NCBI GenBank assembly: GCA_051362555.1
Contig: CM120645.1
Span: 558,001 to 622,000 of the forward strand
Source: Lingula anatina
Taxonomy: Eukaryota > Animalia > Brachiopoda
DNA: 64,000 nt
Reading direction: 5' to 3'
Shown here piece by piece: positions 62,001 to 64,000 of this stretch; within the stretch, counting starts at the first letter, position 1, and each line of letters begins with the position of its first letter. A program made the translations under genes and the position numbers. The notes under the pieces are model-generated. The model made no database searches and was not told the DNA's origin. It saw only the letters and a program-made list of their open reading frames with translations.

Positions 62001-63175
62001 ATAATAGGTGGTTGCATTGTAGGCCTAACCTTGTTCATTTTAGTCGACAGACTAAGCTAGAAGAAAGAACAGATCATTATCGCCTCTCTTTACTTAGGAA
62101 CAATAAGGATGGCTAGTGGCAGCATTTATAAGTTCTTTTATTTAGAAACTTTCCGATCCCTTGTCTGGGACTGCGTCCGGGAAACGGCGATAACGACAGA
62201 GACGTCCTCGAACATTTTGGACTCAGTGCAAAAAAAAAAAAAAAATCCGTTAAGAAGTAGCCTTTAAATGTCCTGGCAAATAACTTTGCGATGGCTCAGA
62301 GAGTTCTAGAATGAATGACAAGCAACGACATTAGGGTTAATAATAGACTAAAAACTATCAGAGTGTAGGCCTGTCTTACTTCATTTCTAAGGCCATCTTG
62401 TGATACGAGTCATGCTACACTACAAAAGAGGGGGTAGCAGTGGATGATTTAATACAGGGATACCATCGATAGTATATCAATAGAAAATCGCAATCCTCAA
62501 ATGTTTTTAATTCATTAAATATAAACGGTCTTTTCTCGTACAATGGGTCTGGTATAGTTGTATTGGCCTATCAGTTGGAAACACGTGGTTCGTCTACAAT
62601 TGCAAATGGCGGAGGTGCCGTGGTAGTTATTGTCGTAAAATTAGCTGGATACGGTGCACGTGAGAAAAATATTCATTAAATTTAGTTTTCGAGCGTCAGC
62701 TTAATCTGGTAAAATGCGAGACGAAAAAAATGATAGATAGAGCCTTATGACCCACTGTAGAATGATGCCGAATAATACATCAACGACGTAGTTTATCGGC
62801 AGATAAACGTGTTTTCATTCTCGGCTGACTGAGGAAAGGTTTGAGAGAGCATTTAAGGAAGAGGCGGTCGAACCAATAGTGAGTAGGAAGTGTGCTGCAA
62901 TCAAGACGCACAATACCGATCATAAGTGGACAGCTAATAACCCCTAATTAAGCCCGGGTTACGCGCTGCTGTGTTAAGTCCTTGCTGGGAAGGGGTAGCG
63001 GCCTCCTACTGCTGTGCGTAATCAAACATTGTCTTCTAACATGCGGCTACACGACGGTTGCATTGTATTAATAAAGTAATACCTATTCATAAGGAAGGGG
63101 GCGGATGGTAATCTTACGAGAATTAAATCAGTTATCGATCACACGCGTACCAATAGTCGTGTTTTTTTTTAGCTA
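59030..63175. mobile_element. About 4.15-kb unclassified insertion in the paralog 3 COR-CARD intron
   Basis: Homology with the paralog 1 intron stops about 12 nt after the donor and resumes at about 63180. The ends read TA|TAGCTAA...TTAGCTA|TA, with inverted CACAGCAGTAGG/CCTACTGCTGTG subterminally and an internal about 605-bp direct duplication (about 60990-61500 vs 61595-62010). No transposase ORF is seen. Confidence 0.6.
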
Positions 63176-63594
63176 TACGGTACGATACTATAATAACATT
63201 ACCACAGCACTTCTCTAGTTTCTCTTTTTTACGTACATATCTTTTCTGAAAAAATGTTGTCAAACTGCTCTCACCTGAACATGACATCAAAAAAATTCAC
63301 TAAAGAGAAGAATCTGATTTTGTTAAGCACAGCGTTTTGTTAAAATAGCATTGATTTCTGTTACTTAGTATTTTTGTAAAAATGTTCACATATTATTTCC
63401 ATGCACTTAGTAAACATGTTCTTACAGCAGTGTGGATATTTTCTTGTAAATATTTTGTATTTTTATACACTTGTCTCTGCTTATGTGTCAAAGCCTTGTT
63501 ATTAATTATCAACTACAATTACTGTTTTTCATAATGATTACAGGAATTTTTTTCATATGTGATTAATTTTAAAAAACAGTTAAATTGTTTTCAG

Positions 63595-63884
63595 TTCTGC
63601 ATGAAAAACAATCAAGGCTTTGTGAAAAAATCACAGAACCCTGTCTCAAGGACATGTTAAATGAGTTCCTCCAAGAAGGCATCATCACATACCGTGAAGC
63701 TGAAATGGTGAGAGCAGAACCTCCTGAACACCATGACCAAACCTCAACTACCAGGGTGGTATGTCCAGAGAAAACTGCTGTCTTCCTTGACATTCTCAAA
63801 ACCAGAGGAGATGAGGCATTTGATTTATTAAAGAAATGTCTCACTGAAAATGGACAAAGTGAGCTTGCTTCCCTCCTTAAATAA
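63595..63884 (+). CDS. Roco paralog 3 terminal exon, CARD-like domain (spliced protein about 971 aa)
   Basis: Acceptor TTTTCAG|TT (phase 1). Translation VLHEKQSRLCEKITEPCLKDMLNEFLQEGIITYREAEMV...TAVFLDILKTRGDEAFDLLKKCLTENGQSELASLLK* contains the typical CARD LLD.L..RG..AF..L...L....Q..LA motif. Confidence 0.9.
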
Positions 63885-64000
63885 ACTAAGTGGTCAACAA
63901 AACTGACTGACTTTCTGCAGCAACCGTGCTACAAATTTAATTGTATTTTCAGAAATTCTTTGATATTATCAAATATTTAGGCCTTACATCTCAGTTTATA

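Overview
AT-rich, intron-containing DNA from an animal genome; an invertebrate, possibly a lophotrochozoan, is my guess from the repeat content. The window holds a tandem cluster of three MFHAS1/MASL1-like Roco paralogs, all on the + strand. Copy 1 is the 3' end of a gene (COR exon 1-394, CARD-like exon 5178-5446). Copy 2 is an LRR-only copy (33732-34421) that ends next to an RTEX-type LINE. Copy 3 is a complete LRR-ROC-COR-CARD gene (56392-59017 + 63595-63884, about 971 aa). Their LRRs differ mainly at solvent-exposed beta-strand positions and vary in copy number of a 138-bp two-LRR unit, as expected for a diversifying intracellular immune-sensor family. Between copies 1 and 2 lie ten in-frame 3' exons of an LRIG-family receptor (6477-12958) whose 5' half is not in the window, followed by a mosaic triplicated segment (15.3-25.9 kb). 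The rest is dense with nested transposons: two hAT elements with 6-bp TSDs, Kolobok-like, Harbinger-like, pogo/mariner-like and MULE-like elements, a Helentron-associated element with a higher-order 146-bp array, and an 8.9-kb long-TIR composite. All calls come from reading the sequence; no database searches were run.
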